Positions 48,979 through 63,019 of a DNA stretch of 64,000 nt are shown here, piece by piece. The stretch lies in contig JAUCBJ010005486.1 in assembly GCA_032718475.1 (NCBI GenBank), forward strand, positions 238 through 64,237, in the 5' to 3' direction. Both the position numbers and the translations under genes were made by a program. The stretch comes from Nemertoderma westbladi. Lineage: Eukaryota; Animalia; Xenacoelomorpha. Below the pieces are notes generated by a model that was not told the origin of the DNA, made no database searches, and was given only the letters and a program-made list of their open reading frames with translations. Within the stretch, counting starts at the first letter, position 1. Every line of letters begins with the position of its first letter.

Positions 48979-51900
48979 GGATGTAGGACAATTCGGTCCC
49001 GGACAATTCGGTCCGGACAATTCGGTCCCGGACAATTCGGTCCCGGACAATTCGGTCCCAAAACACTAAATAAATGGGACCGAATTGTCCTAGGACCGAA
49101 TTGTCCGGGACCGAATTGTCCGGGACCGAATTGTCCGGGACCGAATTGTCCGGGACCGAATTGTCCTAGGACCGAATTGTCCGGTTCCTGATAGCAACGT
49201 TTTAGTGCTTTTTTGATATTGGTGAATGTTCTAGAACATTAGTAGAGATATTTGTTATGGTAGCTAGTGTTATTTACTTGCTAGAATTTTTTGAAATTTT
49301 AAAAATACTGTATTTTTTTTATTTTTGTTATTGGTAAGTGTTCGAGAACATTATTATATATTATTTATTAAGGTGTAGCTAGTGTTTTTTTTTACTAGCT
49401 AGCATTTCCTTGAAATTATAAAAACACTTGTGAAAACATTGATATTTCAGAATTAGGCCTAAACTGTTGCTGATTATATTAATTACCAACAATATTGTTG
49501 ATATTATAACAGTCCCTGAATGAGATCCAGCTATTATCTAGGATAATAATTTAGACTTGTTAACCAACCAACAACACATACAGTATACTTACGCAGTATA
49601 TAAAAAAAATCAGTTTTAAAAATAAACATTTTAAATACATACTATTACTAGCTGGTAAAATTCACAAGCTCCATAAAAACACCATAGCTACCATAAATAA
49701 TAATGCTAACAAAAAAAAGTAAATTTTTTTTATTTTTAAAAAAATACTACAGTACAGGCCACCAGAAAACGCAGATTTGTACAATTGTGAACACATTTTA
49801 TCAAATGTGTACCAGTGTAATGTAATGTTGTTGAACGGGACAATTGAACATAATTGAACATAATTGAATTGGCAACAACCAAAATTTTTTCGCCAAAGGA
49901 TACAATTGAATACTTTTGAAACGCTTAGTAATCTGGAAACTCTCTGTAGTTTGCCGCGAACTGTCACTCACTGCAGCTGGAAATGCGATAAGGATTTTGT
50001 TTACCTTTATAGTGTGCGGTTAATAGTGTCTACAGTCCCGCTCTCAAAAAGCATTCCTTTGATCAAACATTGATCAAACTTTGATCAAACATTGATCAAA
50101 GTTTGATCAAAATGTGTCCATAGAATATCATTGAAAGTAGCATTGACATTGAAATGACATTGATGGCATATTGAAATGACCTTGAAATCGATGGACCGAA
50201 ATTCCAGACTTTCTGTCTCATATTGAAATGACATTGAAATGATTTCAAGGTAACAGTTTACATCGCTCTTCTGCGGCATGCCTTTGAACTCAGATTCCCG
50301 CCGAGAACTGGCTTTTGTTAATGGCCAAGCCGCGATGTGATTGACAGGGCGGTGGATGGAGCTTGCTTGACTTTGTGGATGGACAGCGATTGGATTTACA
50401 AGGCGGTGTTGTGGTAGTGTCCCAGACTGAGTTTTGTTCTTGTAGGCAGGGCCTATTATTACACCAACAACTAGTTCAGAAAAACAGCCTTTGGAATAGT
50501 TTTAAATTATTGTTATATTAGAAATTAGTTTCAATGTTCCTTAAATCAGAATCAAGGCCAAAGACCTCCATTGACGTAGCAGCGCGATGGCTGCCGTTGC
50601 ATTGCATTTGCTTATACAGTAATTGTGTAAATTCGACAAGCTTCCTTCCTGCCCCTGTCTCTAATTATACTAATAAATGTAAATAAAGAAATAAATAAAT
50701 CCAAGCCAGCGCCAGCGCACCCCCTAAAATACCTTCTAAAAATTTACGTAATTTAATTTTAATACTCTGATAAGGTAATTTTATTGAAAACCTAATTTGT
50801 TTTAAAGTAAACTATGTTATGTACATCATTAGTTACGTATTTTTTAATTCAGTTTAACGTATTGTAATTATAATTTTTTAAATATTAAAAATCAAATTGG
50901 GTTAGTAATACGTATTAAATTATGTTCATTCATTTTTAAATTTAAATTAAATTCTTTTGCTCACAGGTCGTTGTAAGACAAGGCATCAATATAACCCCAG
51001 TGATCCCATACCCTCTTGTTATGGACTATTACTACATCATTGTACAAGCTGCGGACCTGCACACCCCCCCCCCCCCCCCCCCCCCTCCATTATAATGTGT
51101 TGTAGCCATCCACCCAACCCATTGCATAACTCGAATTAAACTCCACACAGCACAGCACAGCCCATACCTGCCATTGCTTTCATTACGCCACATCGCCATA
51201 AGTGGAGATTCAATTATGGCTGTGAATTATTATAATCATTATTAGATTGACAACACAGTGTTGTGGTAGTGTACGTGTACCAGTACCAGACTGAGTCTTG
51301 TAATAGGCCCCACTGACAACTCCGGGCTACGTTCTGAAATACAGCCTCTGGAATATTATTAAATTATTTTCATTAGAAATTATTCGCTAGAAAGCCAGTC
51401 TGTCAATTTAATCGTCCAGTATCAATTCCCGCGGGCTAATACAATTTATTTTCGGGCTAAGGATGCCCTGCCCACTGGCTAAGAAAGCAAGCTTGCGGGT
51501 AAACGATTCCCATTTTGCGGGCTAAGATTCCCGCGGGCTAAGTCATCACGCATCACCCAACCGAACATACAGTTGACTGTAACTGTTTCACTCGCATCTC
51601 TGTAACCACAACCCAAATGCTGTGATTCACAGTATGCGATTTCACCGTGCTGTCACCGCAAGTGTATCTGAGAACAGGCCCATTTCTGGTACAGCTACAA
51701 TTAGTTTCAAAAATTTAATGTAAAACATCGAAAGGAGCAGGTTAAAGGGGTTGTGTTTTCTAACCAAAACAATAAACCAAAGTAGATTTCATCGATTTGG
51801 GCTGGAGAACTTTTTTATTTGCGACCAACTGGCGCCACTATTTGCGAGATAAGGTAGAAATTTTAATTAATATCGAGACAAATACAACGTCTGTTTAATT

Positions 51901-53567
51901 GTTTTTGGGCAAACAGAAAAGTCCTCCATGCTGAAATTTTAGTAAGAAAGTTTAGTGTAATAAATTAGTTTAGTACACATTACTACCTGCATAGTTCCTT
52001 GCTCAGGAGGCCAATCTCTTTGGTTCGCGGCCTCCTGTGTATGGGTTAGTTCTAGTTGGCTGTCTAATTTCTTGGGAAGCTTTTAGTAAATTTCGAAATT
52101 TCGGAGAATTCCATTCCACAGCAGATAATTGGTTTTACATGCTGGGGCGGCATAAGCTAAGAGCCATTACACATGCTATGCCTTTACTCTGTTAGTGGTC
52201 TGTCGCTGTCGGCACCCCAAGCTAATAATATACAGCAAATACGCACTGAGACCGCTTTTGTTTCAGAAAATTTGGAATGTGGATCTTTATATATATATTA
52301 TTTGTTTTCTCATTTCAACTGGAAAGGGTTTTTTAGTATGCTTTCGCATGGCCTCCCCCTCGCTCGGTACGCTAGTTGCCCCCCCCCCCCCCCCCCCCCC
52401 ATTATAATGTATTGTAGCCATCCACCCAACACATTGCGTAACTCAGAATTAAACTCCACACAGCCCATACCCGCCCTTGCTTTCATTACCACCACACCGC
52501 CAAGTGGAGATTCAATTGCGGCTGTTATTTTCTGATAATCGCTGTAAATTATTATAACCTAGGCAGTCCGGTTTAAATAACGGCTATAGCCTACAAACCT
52601 ATTGTATGATATGGACGTGGTGTCCTGTGTGCTCTGTAGACATCCTACAGAGCACATGGAGCATTACACACACACAGAGAGAGAGAGAGAGTGAGGGCTG
52701 CTTGATTGACACACGGCTCAGTGGGAATCTAGACTTTGAAGTGCAGCGCCTTTGGTAGAACTCAATGGCAGGATTTATAAGCCTGGTTCATTTCAATATT
52801 TGATCAAACTTTGATCAATGTTTGATCAAAATTTGATCAATGTTTGATCAAAGGAATGCTTTTTGAGAGCGGGACTGTAGTAGGCAGGCCTATTGTTAGA
52901 GATGTTAAGCCATCTTCTGGTGTTTCTCTGTGCCCTCTCGGTGTCAGACTAATGGCGCGACATCTCCCTGCACTAAATTAATTATTCAATGGTCTAGGCT
53001 CGTCCATCCATATACCCATCCACTCCCATACACTCCATGAACCTCCATGTGGTCTTGTATGTAGTTCTCTCTCTACCAATACAGCCCATGTCCGCAATGT
53101 TACGTCCAGTGGGCTCTCTCATCTACCTGATATCAGACATACAGGCGCACCGCACACTAAGCCTTTGTCGGTCCCAGCAAGTTAGCTAGATAACTCGCCA
53201 TAACCTGCCAATCAGATGACTTGAACAAATGTGTTCACATGTGATCACATTGGATGAAATCTGCTTTTTCTGGTGGCCTGTACTGTAGCTAGTAAAAAAA
53301 ACACTAGCTACCTACCATATAATAATATATATTAAGGTTCTAGAACATTCACCATTATATAATACCAATTAAATTCGGTCCTGGACAATTCGGTCCCGGA
53401 CAATTCGGTCCCATTAATATGCATGTTTTGGGACCGAATTGTCCTGTCAGTATCCGGACAATTCGGTCCCGGACAATTCGGTCCCAAAACACAAAATTAA
53501 TGGGACCGAATTGTCCGGGACCGAATTGTCCGGACCGAATTGTCCGGGATCGAATTGTCCTGCTTAC
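48979..53567. mobile_element. MULE/foldback-like non-autonomous transposon with 15-bp subterminal repeats
   Basis: 9-bp TSD GTAACCTCC (48970-48978, 53568-53576); G...C ends; palindromic arrays of GGACAATTCGGTCCC at both ends; further inverted arms. Confidence 0.8.
50033..52877. mobile_element. Tc1/mariner-like non-autonomous element nested in 48979-53567
   Basis: TA-CAGTCCCGCTCTCAAAAAGCATTCCTTTGATCAAAC... TIRs of about 80 bp with TTGATCAA repeats; TA TSD. Confidence 0.8.
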
Positions 53568-55834
53568 GTAACCTCCTTCTTCTCCGATGACCGCTTATTC
53601 GATTTTCATAGTATCGCAAACTCGATTCTTCTTCTCATCTGGAACTCGTCGACTCCGACCGAGGAAGAGGAGACTCGTTTCTTTAAACCTTTCGACAAGG
53701 ATGTTCTCGCTTTCGGCGAGAAATTGAATGAGCTCACATGCTTTTTCGCCAATAAAGTCTCATATTACTTTGGGTTCAATTATAGAGTTGGCACCAATGG
53801 AAGTATTAACCCAGTGAAACCACTCGAATTAATAAAGTTGGAAGACACTGTAAACAGTTCATGGATCACCTTTTCCGTCACCTGCGCCAATTTATTTCAA
53901 CAATATGTAAACATCTGTCGCCCATTTATTAATCCTACTACTCACCTCGTCCTAAAACCAGGCGATTGGGTTGCTTTTGACTATTGCACTTTTGGGTTTG
54001 TTACAAATATTCGGAACGAGCGCTATTTAGCGATCACCAATGGCTACGAGGTTGACGATGGAAAGGCTATTGTTTCTTCTAGAGGCATGATTCTTCTTAC
54101 ACCAAGCGAGGTCGGCGAATTGAAATGGTTTGATTCAACCATCGAGGATAGTGAATGTGTCTGCTACGATGAACTTAACGTCTACAAAGACAACATTTCC
54201 GAGCGAATATCGATACAAAGTTGTATCAGTGATTCAGAAATTGATTTACAGATAACCGAGAGAAAATTTAACGAATCCTTTACTATAGCTAACACGATTC
54301 AAGCGCGCGAGGCTCTAATAAGATTCAAGGCTATGGCTATACAATTTGCTTTCAAACCAAAGCAGATTACGATCCCCAATCACCAACGCTATCTCATAAA
54401 TAACAATATTGCAGCCTTTATCTATAAGTTCAAATCCGAAAAATATGTCGGTATCTGGCCCATTGCAATGAAAGACGAAGAGACTACCACTTTTCAGTTC
54501 ACCAACGGTCTCACTATTAGGGGCAGCGATGGAGCACCTTGGGTCTGGAATTCCCTTCTGTGTTGCTCAAAACCTGCAGCAGGCTAAATTTCACAGGAAT
54601 TCCCCTTCCTCACAATTGAACTGTTAATTGGGAACTGTCGCACTATAGACAGACAGACAACATTAAGATGTATGTTGAGTGGAGTATGTGGACTATGGGT
54701 GGTCAAGTGGAGTAGGTGGAACATAAGTATTATGGTAGAGCGTGACTGTATTTACATTTACAATGCATATGGGCACATTCGCACATTATATTGGACTTTG
54801 GAATAATTTTATGTTTAATAAAATATTTAATCAGTTAAACGATATAGTTGCGAATAGGAATGAGTTATAAATATTTATTCTTGGTGTGTAACTGTTTCCC
54901 CTTAAGATTATAGATTAAGATTATACATTATGTTTTAGTTTTTTACGTTGTCTATTTAATATTTTTAACTTGCCAAATAGATGCCATGTCAGTTAGGTTT
55001 ACCATTATTCTGTTGAATTAAACTGAAATAAAAAATATACTGATTCCACGATGTGATAAATGGTGTTAGGTGGGTAAAATGGTCAATAGGCAAACTCAAA
55101 GAATCCTTGCATTAACACCCCCCCCCCCCCCCCCCCCCAGCCGTATGTAGAAAATTACCTGAAAATAGTATGAATAAAATTCAGATATTACGCCCTCTCT
55201 TGTTAAATGTATAAAAGATAGAGTGTAGCTTCATATCCAGATTGTAGATAATAAAATGAGTCCTGAGTCCTGTAAGCAATGAACTGCAAGATGACATACT
55301 CGTTACTGGTACACATGCAGTACTGTATATAATCAGTCGCAGTCAGTCAGTAGTTACTAGTACTGTACGTACATCATAATATATGTACAGCTGTATGTAC
55401 TGAGAGTTCTTAGATCCTAGAGCTATTATACCTAGGGCCTCCGTTCGCCTAGTACGTCCGTTCTAGAGTTATTGTGAACAAAGAACCCCTAACATCCCCC
55501 TCACAAACAATCATGAACTTAGTCTACAGTATACAGTAGTTTGTATTTACAGTATTTAATATATTTGACTGATAAGTCTGGACTCTGGCAGGAGGCAATA
55601 TCGTTTTCAAACAAACAACAAGATTGTTATCATACATACATAGCAGTCTGTATTCATAAACCGGCCTAAACCACTAAAAGCCACTAAACATATATCTATG
55701 TTATATACAGTATATAATACTGTTGTAGTATCCCTAGGCCTAGTCCGGTACTACTACGTGGTACCGGTACTGCTAAGCTGTAAACATATATGTAAATCCT
55801 ACTGTGCAGTTGTACCGGTATCCCTACTACAGTA

Positions 55835-56566
55835 CAGTCCCAATCCCAATAAACATTAACTTGGTCGTTTTGGCGGCCAAAATGACCAAAATCGCCAAAA
55901 AAATGTAGTGTATTCCTATGGGCTACTTGGTCGTTTTGGCGAAGCGATTTAACTCGACTCAGTCAAGTCCAGACAGCCCGTCTCCTTGGACATCCATTTG
56001 GTTGCTCTGACTAAATGTCGGCTCGCTTTCATTTTTATTATTGACAGATTGTTAACTTACCTGGAGCTGAGTCGGGCCTTTCAGTTGTAGTAAAGACCAC
56101 CCACTGAGGCATTGATACAGCACAGGCTAATACGTAATAAGGGAGTTAGTTGAATGCGGCTTTGTTAAAAGGAGGAGTATAATAATCGGATTTTGTGTGT
56201 TATTATTAGATAATCATTTTTCACCTTTTCCTTTGTGTAGCTTCAGTTTAGAGTCATGAATGGCAACGTGTTCTGTATGAAGGCGTCCTAATTATAGTTT
56301 TATAGTTAGAAGCTGGGTCTGTGACAGGGCGAGAAGTAGCTATTAAATAGCGACACTTAGTCTCGAACGAGTTCGGTATACTGATGAAATTCAGATTAGA
56401 CGGCGCGGCCTATTTCTAGTAGCTGGGTCTGAATTCGAGGGCGATAGTAACTGAAAACATTATAATATCAGGCTCTGGCTCGGTGCTAACAGTCAACAGA
56501 GTCGGCATATTTGGGTAATTTTGGCCGCCAAAATGACCAAGTTAATGTTTATTGGGATTGGGACTG
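55835..56566. mobile_element. Tc1/mariner-like MITE
   Basis: TA-CAGTCCCAATCCCAATAAACATTAACTTGGTC...TTTTGGCGGCCAAAAT and its reverse complement ending 56566-TA. Confidence 0.85.
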
Positions 56567-56568
56567 TA

Positions 56569-59500
56569 TATCTCACTTTCAAAATATCCAAGCCATGCAA
56601 TATGTTGTGATGATTACCGTTACATATGGTGCATGAATTGGTTTGAGTGCAAACATTTGTAGAATGATGTTCAAGACATCTAAAGCAGAGACTATATGCT
56701 CTAACAAAATTGGTGATATCATTGTCAGATAATTTTCCTAGTATTCCGCAGTAAAATGTTGTATGATTTGTTACTTTGCGGTTTTGTGATTCTGAACAGT
56801 AAAGGCACCCATCTTGCATTGGTGGTCCGTGAAATTGACCATTTTTGTAATTGGGTGCTGGGTATCTAGGTTTTCCTGTGTCAGTACCTCTGCCTGTAGA
56901 TGTACTGGCAGTTGGTACATTTGGCAGTACACTAGGTACAGATGGTACTGTGTTTTGTTTGTTACTATATTGTTGTGGGGCTTGATTATGTTGTGCAAAG
57001 TTCGAATAGTTTCTAGGATGCCAAGATTGTTGTCTTGGCTTATTACCAGTTCGGAACCAATTCCGATTGGGATTTTGAAACTGTGATGATCTTGAACGAT
57101 TGCCAGAATTAAAGTTTTGGTTTGCAGGTCCAGACTGTTGTCCCACTTGTTGAGTCTTATTAGTTCGAACAGATGCATTAGTATTTGGTTTACCACCTGG
57201 TCCCCACACATTCTCCTCAGCTTCTCTGGAGAACATCTCGTTACAAATGGCATCAGTCTGATACTCCAAGAAACTGGCAAATTCTAGGAGGTTAGGGTCT
57301 CGATCTTTTGTACGTTTTGTTTGTTCAGCTATAGGAAGCCACTTACTATATAGATATGGTGGCAAGTTCCAAACTGCATTCTGAACATTAGTTGGTAATG
57401 TAATGTACTCATATGCTCCTATATATTGTAAGCAGTTTGTAATGGTTCCTATTGTATCAGAATATTTACGTATGTCAGATGCTTTGTCAGAGTTAACAAA
57501 CTTCGGTTGGCATGCAATTGTGTCAGAACATACACGCTGAATGAGCTGCGGATCACCAAATCTCTTTTGGAGTTTCGCCCAAGCTCTTAGGTACCCTCCT
57601 GGAGTTCCCTTAAATTTTAGGATTAAGTCATTTGCCTTGCCTTTAGTATGCTTCAATAAAAGTTTTAACTTCTCCCGTTCGTCCCAAAAGGGTTGTGATG
57701 CAATATTTTCAATGAAATCTATTTTAAAGTTGACAAATCCTAGTGGATTGCCATCATACTTTTCATCATCACATGGTTCCCATAAAGTTGTTTTGGCATA
57801 TAAACGCTCAAAATACTGTCTGTTAAGAGCATCAGCGGTGTTTCCAGCAAAAAACATATTAGCCGGATCATGGAATGGTATATTGTTAGTATTTTCATCA
57901 CCATGATCACTTCCATCAGGGTCTCCGTCCCCATCACCACCAGGACCAGGAGGATTACTTGGAGGATCTCTGCCTGGATTTGGATTGTAATGGTATTGTT
58001 GACCATGGATTTCATTATATGGGGACCTTTGTTGATTATTGAGGTAGTGATCTGATCCCGGAGGTTCACTAGTTGACCTTTGTTTGGGTTTGGTGCCAGT
58101 AGGTGTATATGAAACCCCTGTCACAGTGTTTACACAAAGGTTAGTCATTGATTTAGGTGGTTTAAAATCATGCCGAGGTTTAATCCAACCATTCATAAGA
58201 CCATAATTGTATGCCTTGCATTCAAATTCTTTATCTTTGTGAGATCCAGGAACCTCTGGCTCACTATATTGACTTGTATGGCAAGATGGTAGCCGTAAAT
58301 TGTTATATTTCATGTCTATGCTACTTGATTCAATTGGTTCTGGGTTATCTATTGGTTCTCCTTCCTTACACCAGATCCACTTTGGTTCAGTGGGATGTAA
58401 ACGCTTGAAATATTTAACTCCCTGTATTATTTGACACTCAATGTCTCAGTCATTTGTTTTTGTTTTATTGCTAATTTTATTGGTATTATTCTGTGCAGGT
58501 ATTTGAGTCTTCAAATTATCATCACTGGAATATAAATTTTTCCCTTTGTCATGTAATTTAATGTTCTTGTAAATTGCCAGTGGATTTTGACTCATGTCGT
58601 CAGCATTTTGCATGTGAAATTTTGCTTCAGCTTCAACATTCACAGAATTTTCAATGTCAATGATCATAGGCAAAATGACCATATTTACTTCCAGGTATTT
58701 GCCTAGGAATGGCACTGTCAATTTGAGATTTCTTACTATCGTGACTATACTCTGGATCTATCAGGTCCCGTATTATTTTTTGGAGTATGAAGATTTGGTG
58801 GACTCTTTTGTTGAATCAATAATCGTTGCTGTTGGCTGGAAATGAACTTTCCTCTCCCCTGTGGCCTTTGGGGAAGTTGAATGTTCATCACAGTCACCCT
58901 CAGCCCCAGCTTGTAGTAGCTTTTCTAGTAATTCCTGTTGTATATTGTCCATCATATCTGTCGCCCTTTTACAAACTGAAAGACATTGTGTGACACTGTC
59001 ATCTGTTTGTTGATGCTATTCACGTTCTTTATGCATGTCAAGATGACGGCATTGACGTTCTTTCTGTATGTCGCCATAAACAAAATCCAATTTATTATAC
59101 AGAATGTTTAATAATCTGTCAGACTGCAATGCAGCTGGGTCTTGTAGAGGTACTACTGGCGATGGAGAGTAAAGTTGTACACGAGTTAAAACTGGTGGTA
59201 AAGGTAAAGAGTGAATTGTATTATTTGATAAACTAGCTAATGGTGAACAAAATTATCTTGGGCCATATTGTTGCCCATTTGTCAGTAAATTGCTACTTGT
59301 ACAACCAGTTAAAGTGCATGTGTTCGATGTAATAGTTGATGGTAATAGTGAGTAAGATATCTCAGGTATATTACTCATCGGTAGTGTTTGAGGAGATAAT
59401 ATATCAGGAGTCAAACATAAACAGGATGGTAGTCTGGAGGTTAGGGGTGTATCATGAACATTTGTACTTGTCACAATGCTGGATGATGCTTGAGCTTGTG

Positions 59501-60296
59501 TTAAGCATTGGGAAAAATTACTACTAGATATCAAAGACACACTACTGGTACTGGTAGTATTTGAATTGTTTGTAGTAATGGTCCCTAAGTCTACTGAATT
59601 TAGAAGACCTATAGGGGTATGAGAGGACTGTAAATCTGTGGAATTATCTGAAATCATTGACATTTCTGGCTGAGTATTTAGATTACTCTCCTGACCTGGT
59701 AAGTGTACAGTGGCAGGAGTGGATGAATACTCATGGGTTTTAATATTATTATAGTCCCTTAAATGTTTAGGAGTAGGTGGAAGAGTCAGGCCCTGCCTAG
59801 ATGCTTCATCACGCAGTAGAAGTTCAGTGAAATGTGTCTGGTCTATTCGCTGTTTAGTTCTGCGATCTTCAATTTGAGCTCTCAGCTGCCGTTGTTGCTC
59901 TTCTTCTTCACGTTGTTTATTATCTATAATATTCTGAGTACGGCGTTGAGATTCATAAATCTTTTCTTGAGTCTCTGATTCGAATTTCCGAAACTCTGCA
60001 GATGTTTCTTCTTCATGTCGCAGCTCTTCCTGTTCCATTATTCTTTCAAATAAGGAAACATTTGTTGATCTATTGGAACTAGTAGTACTGTAGCCTGTAG
60101 ACCTTCTGGTCATTCTAGAGTGATGAGATCTGTGCTGTGAAGATTGCTTTGAAGTAGGCCTACTGGTAACAGATTGTTTAGAAATATTTGAAGCTGGTTT
60201 ACTTTGAGGGCTTCTGTAAGTCAAAACGTTGTCACTGTCAGTTGATGTGGAACTTTTGTGTAATGTATGGTCAGTATCTATGTTTCCTACTACTGT
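56569..60296 (-). mobile_element. BEL/Pao gag, inverted relative to its pol
   Basis: YDGNPLGF..F, EKLKLL, AWAKLQKRFG, LP..L..KW and three Cys-His knuckles (CLYC..H..C, LCFRCL..H..C, CTIC..HH.ILH). Confidence 0.85.
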
Positions 60297-62830
60297 AAGT
60301 CAGATAATCAACCATGGCTTAACCGGGCAGGAAACCAGACTGCCGGCAACAATAATACTGGTCAGTCAACTTCACTATCCCTTCAGCCAAGGAGAAATCC
60401 TAACCCAACAACAACTTCTAATTTTCTAAAACCAAAACCAGATATACAAGGGACTACTCTTTTCCAGAAAGTAGTACCTGTTAGAGTAGGTACAAGGGAC
60501 TACTCTTTTCCAGAAAGTACAGTAGTACCTGTTAGAGTAGGTCCAACTTGGAGTAGAAAACCATTAAGTGACAATTTTGTTACCACATTCGCTTTGATTG
60601 ACACAGGTGGAGGGGGTACTTTTATTGACCAAAGTGTTATAGATTGTCTCAAAGTTGATACAACACAGGTTGAACTAGATCTTACAACCATTAACAAACG
60701 AGAATTAACAACATGTGGTAAAGTAGGGTTGAACATCTCAGCAGTAATGCCAGGCTATAACTACGTCACTGATATAACAGCATTTGTTCGACCACAGTGT
60801 AAATTTGACAAGCATATTGTAAGTGACGAAACTGTAAAGAAATATCCACATCTTGATATCCCCAGGTACCCTACAGTAGACATACCTTCGGTCACTATTA
60901 TTTTGGGTGTAACTAGTCCTGAGATGCATTACCATCTCAAGGAACAACATTCAACAACATATGGTGAACCATTTGCCATTGAGACTGTTTTTGGTTGGAC
61001 TGTCATGGGTCCAGTAAACCAGGCAGTCAGTTTACAAGTACTACCATAACAAAAGGGGAATGTTTTACGTAATATCTTTCCAAATAAAGTGAAACCTGAG
61101 AGGAGAGCAGAAGACTCAACAATTTACGACAACATGATGGTTGAGGATGAACCAGTCATCAATGATGTTTCTGAGAATGAAGCAACTGACAAACTCTATG
61201 AACGATATTTGAAAACCTTTTTCACTAATTCACTAAGTAACAATAAACCCATTAGTCCGAATTCTTCTCTGAACACATTGTGTCCTAAATTAAACAAAGA
61301 CCAAATTCTTGTTGTCGATTCTAGGATCAAGCGAGCAAAGTGTTTACCACAATCTACTATTGAACCAATTATAATCCCTAAGAAATCATTAATAATTACT
61401 GGTTTAATACAAGACACACACAAATTTCTGATACATAGAGGCGAGGATCATGTGCTTGCAAAACTCCGTAGGGAGTACTGGATAATTAACGCTCGTCCGA
61501 GAATTCGTGAAGTACTCAAGAAATGTATTACTTGTAAGATCATTCAGCACCAACTATTACATCCTCACATGTCTGATCTTCCTAGTCATCGACTTGCAGA
61601 CAATTGTAGACCATTTGCTGGAACAGGTGTCGATTACTGGGGACCAATTATCCTTAAAGAGACAATGCACTCGTCTTAAGGTCTATGGAGTTATCTATAC
61701 TTGTATGACTACCCGAGCTGTATGGCTAGACATAGCTGAGGATGCCAGTACTGATAAATTTCTTGCATCTTACCATCGTTTCATTTGTGCACGTGGTAAC
61801 ATGATAACAATGTACAGTGACTGTGGCAGCAACTTTGTCGGTGCTGATTCCGAGCTTGAGGAAGTCATTAAATGCCTTAATAAGGATGCTAGTAAGATTC
61901 AATCCAATCTTCTTACAAAAAATGTTGAGTGGAAATTCAATGTTCCCTACAATCCCCATACAGGTGGTACTTGGGAACGTATGGTCAAATCAGTCAAACA
62001 AGGGTTGAAAGCTATACAATTTAAGAATGATACATTTGATTCTTTCCGAACAACTTTGGCTGAGGTTGAATATGCCATTAATTCTAGGCCACTATTCTCA
62101 CCCACTGAGGATCCCAGTGGTATTACACAAATCACCCCAAACATGATCTTAGGTATAGGCGAACCACTAGGGTTAATTATAGAGCCCTCAGACCCATCCA
62201 ACTCTAGCTCCAGGAAGGTCTGGAGGCGCAGCCAACAGGCTGCTAACAAATTTTGGGATCTATGGCAAAAGCACTACTTGCCAACTTTACACAAGCGGCC
62301 AAAGTGGCAAAAGCCTTGTAGAGATGTGATCATAGGAGATCTTGTATTAGTTAAGGAAGGAAATCCTCTTGCTAGAAACAAATGGCACATGGCCAGGATT
62401 ACCCAGATTTTTCCTGGTAAGGATGGAACAGTTCGATCAGCTGAAGTCAGAACATCTTCAGGGCTACAAGTCAGAGGTGTCCATAAGTTGTGTTTGTTAG
62501 AAGAAAGTTTATTAACACGTCTGACCTAATTTGGTTTCTTGATCATTTCGTTATTGAGAAAGTTTAAATAACTAAGCATTTTTAGATTTCTCAATCTCGT
62601 AGGATAGTATTTTAAACTCCTATAACATATTTTACTTATATAGGAGTAACTTTATATCTTTTATTGTCTCGGCTGTTGGTGGTAACAGCCAGTACAGTAA
62701 GAACAGACAGACATTTTACAATTATTATTATTTATTATTATTTTATGACTTTACCTGACTTGACCTACTTTGACTATTTTGGGTTGCGCAAGGGGGGTTG
62801 GGTCAGGGTAAAGCATGCTGCAGCGGAGTG
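60297..62830 (+). mobile_element. BEL/Pao pol remnant: protease + integrase, RT/RNase H deleted
   Basis: LIDTGG protease and FGWTVMGP, then directly the integrase region (H..H..C..C, GVDYWGP, TCMTTRAVWLD, SDCG, GGTWERMV, NSRPL, FW..W...YLPTL). Purine-rich tract then TG near 62830. Confidence 0.88.
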
Positions 62831-63019
62831 TGTTTATGGTAAATCGCTCCAAAAGTACTCAAGCTGTTTACTTACCCGGGTTTGGATTTGATATTAGCCA
62901 TCTGATACGAATTCAATTGATGTTGATGATACCAAGATGAATATGATTGATGATGGAAATGATACCAAGATATTAATATTTCGATGATGAACAAACAAAA
63001 ATTATTATTATACTAATAA

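Larger units (their letters stand above)
48565..54587 (+). pseudogene. 474-aa orphan ORF with two PC4-like motifs, split by a 4.6-kb transposon (48565-48978 + 53577-54587)
   Basis: Removing the insertion and one TSD copy restores a stop-free frame (...LTTLVTS|FFSDDRL...). AATAAA at about 54817. Confidence 0.75.

Noticed and set aside
48979-49191. GQFGP/GPNCP peptide repeats as a protein domain
   Set aside because: Translation of the 15-bp subterminal transposon repeats; likewise the first 46 aa of ORF 53439.
60446-60541. Repeated VVPVRVG motif before the protease
   Set aside because: Simple local tandem duplication of about 46-51 bp in a decayed element.
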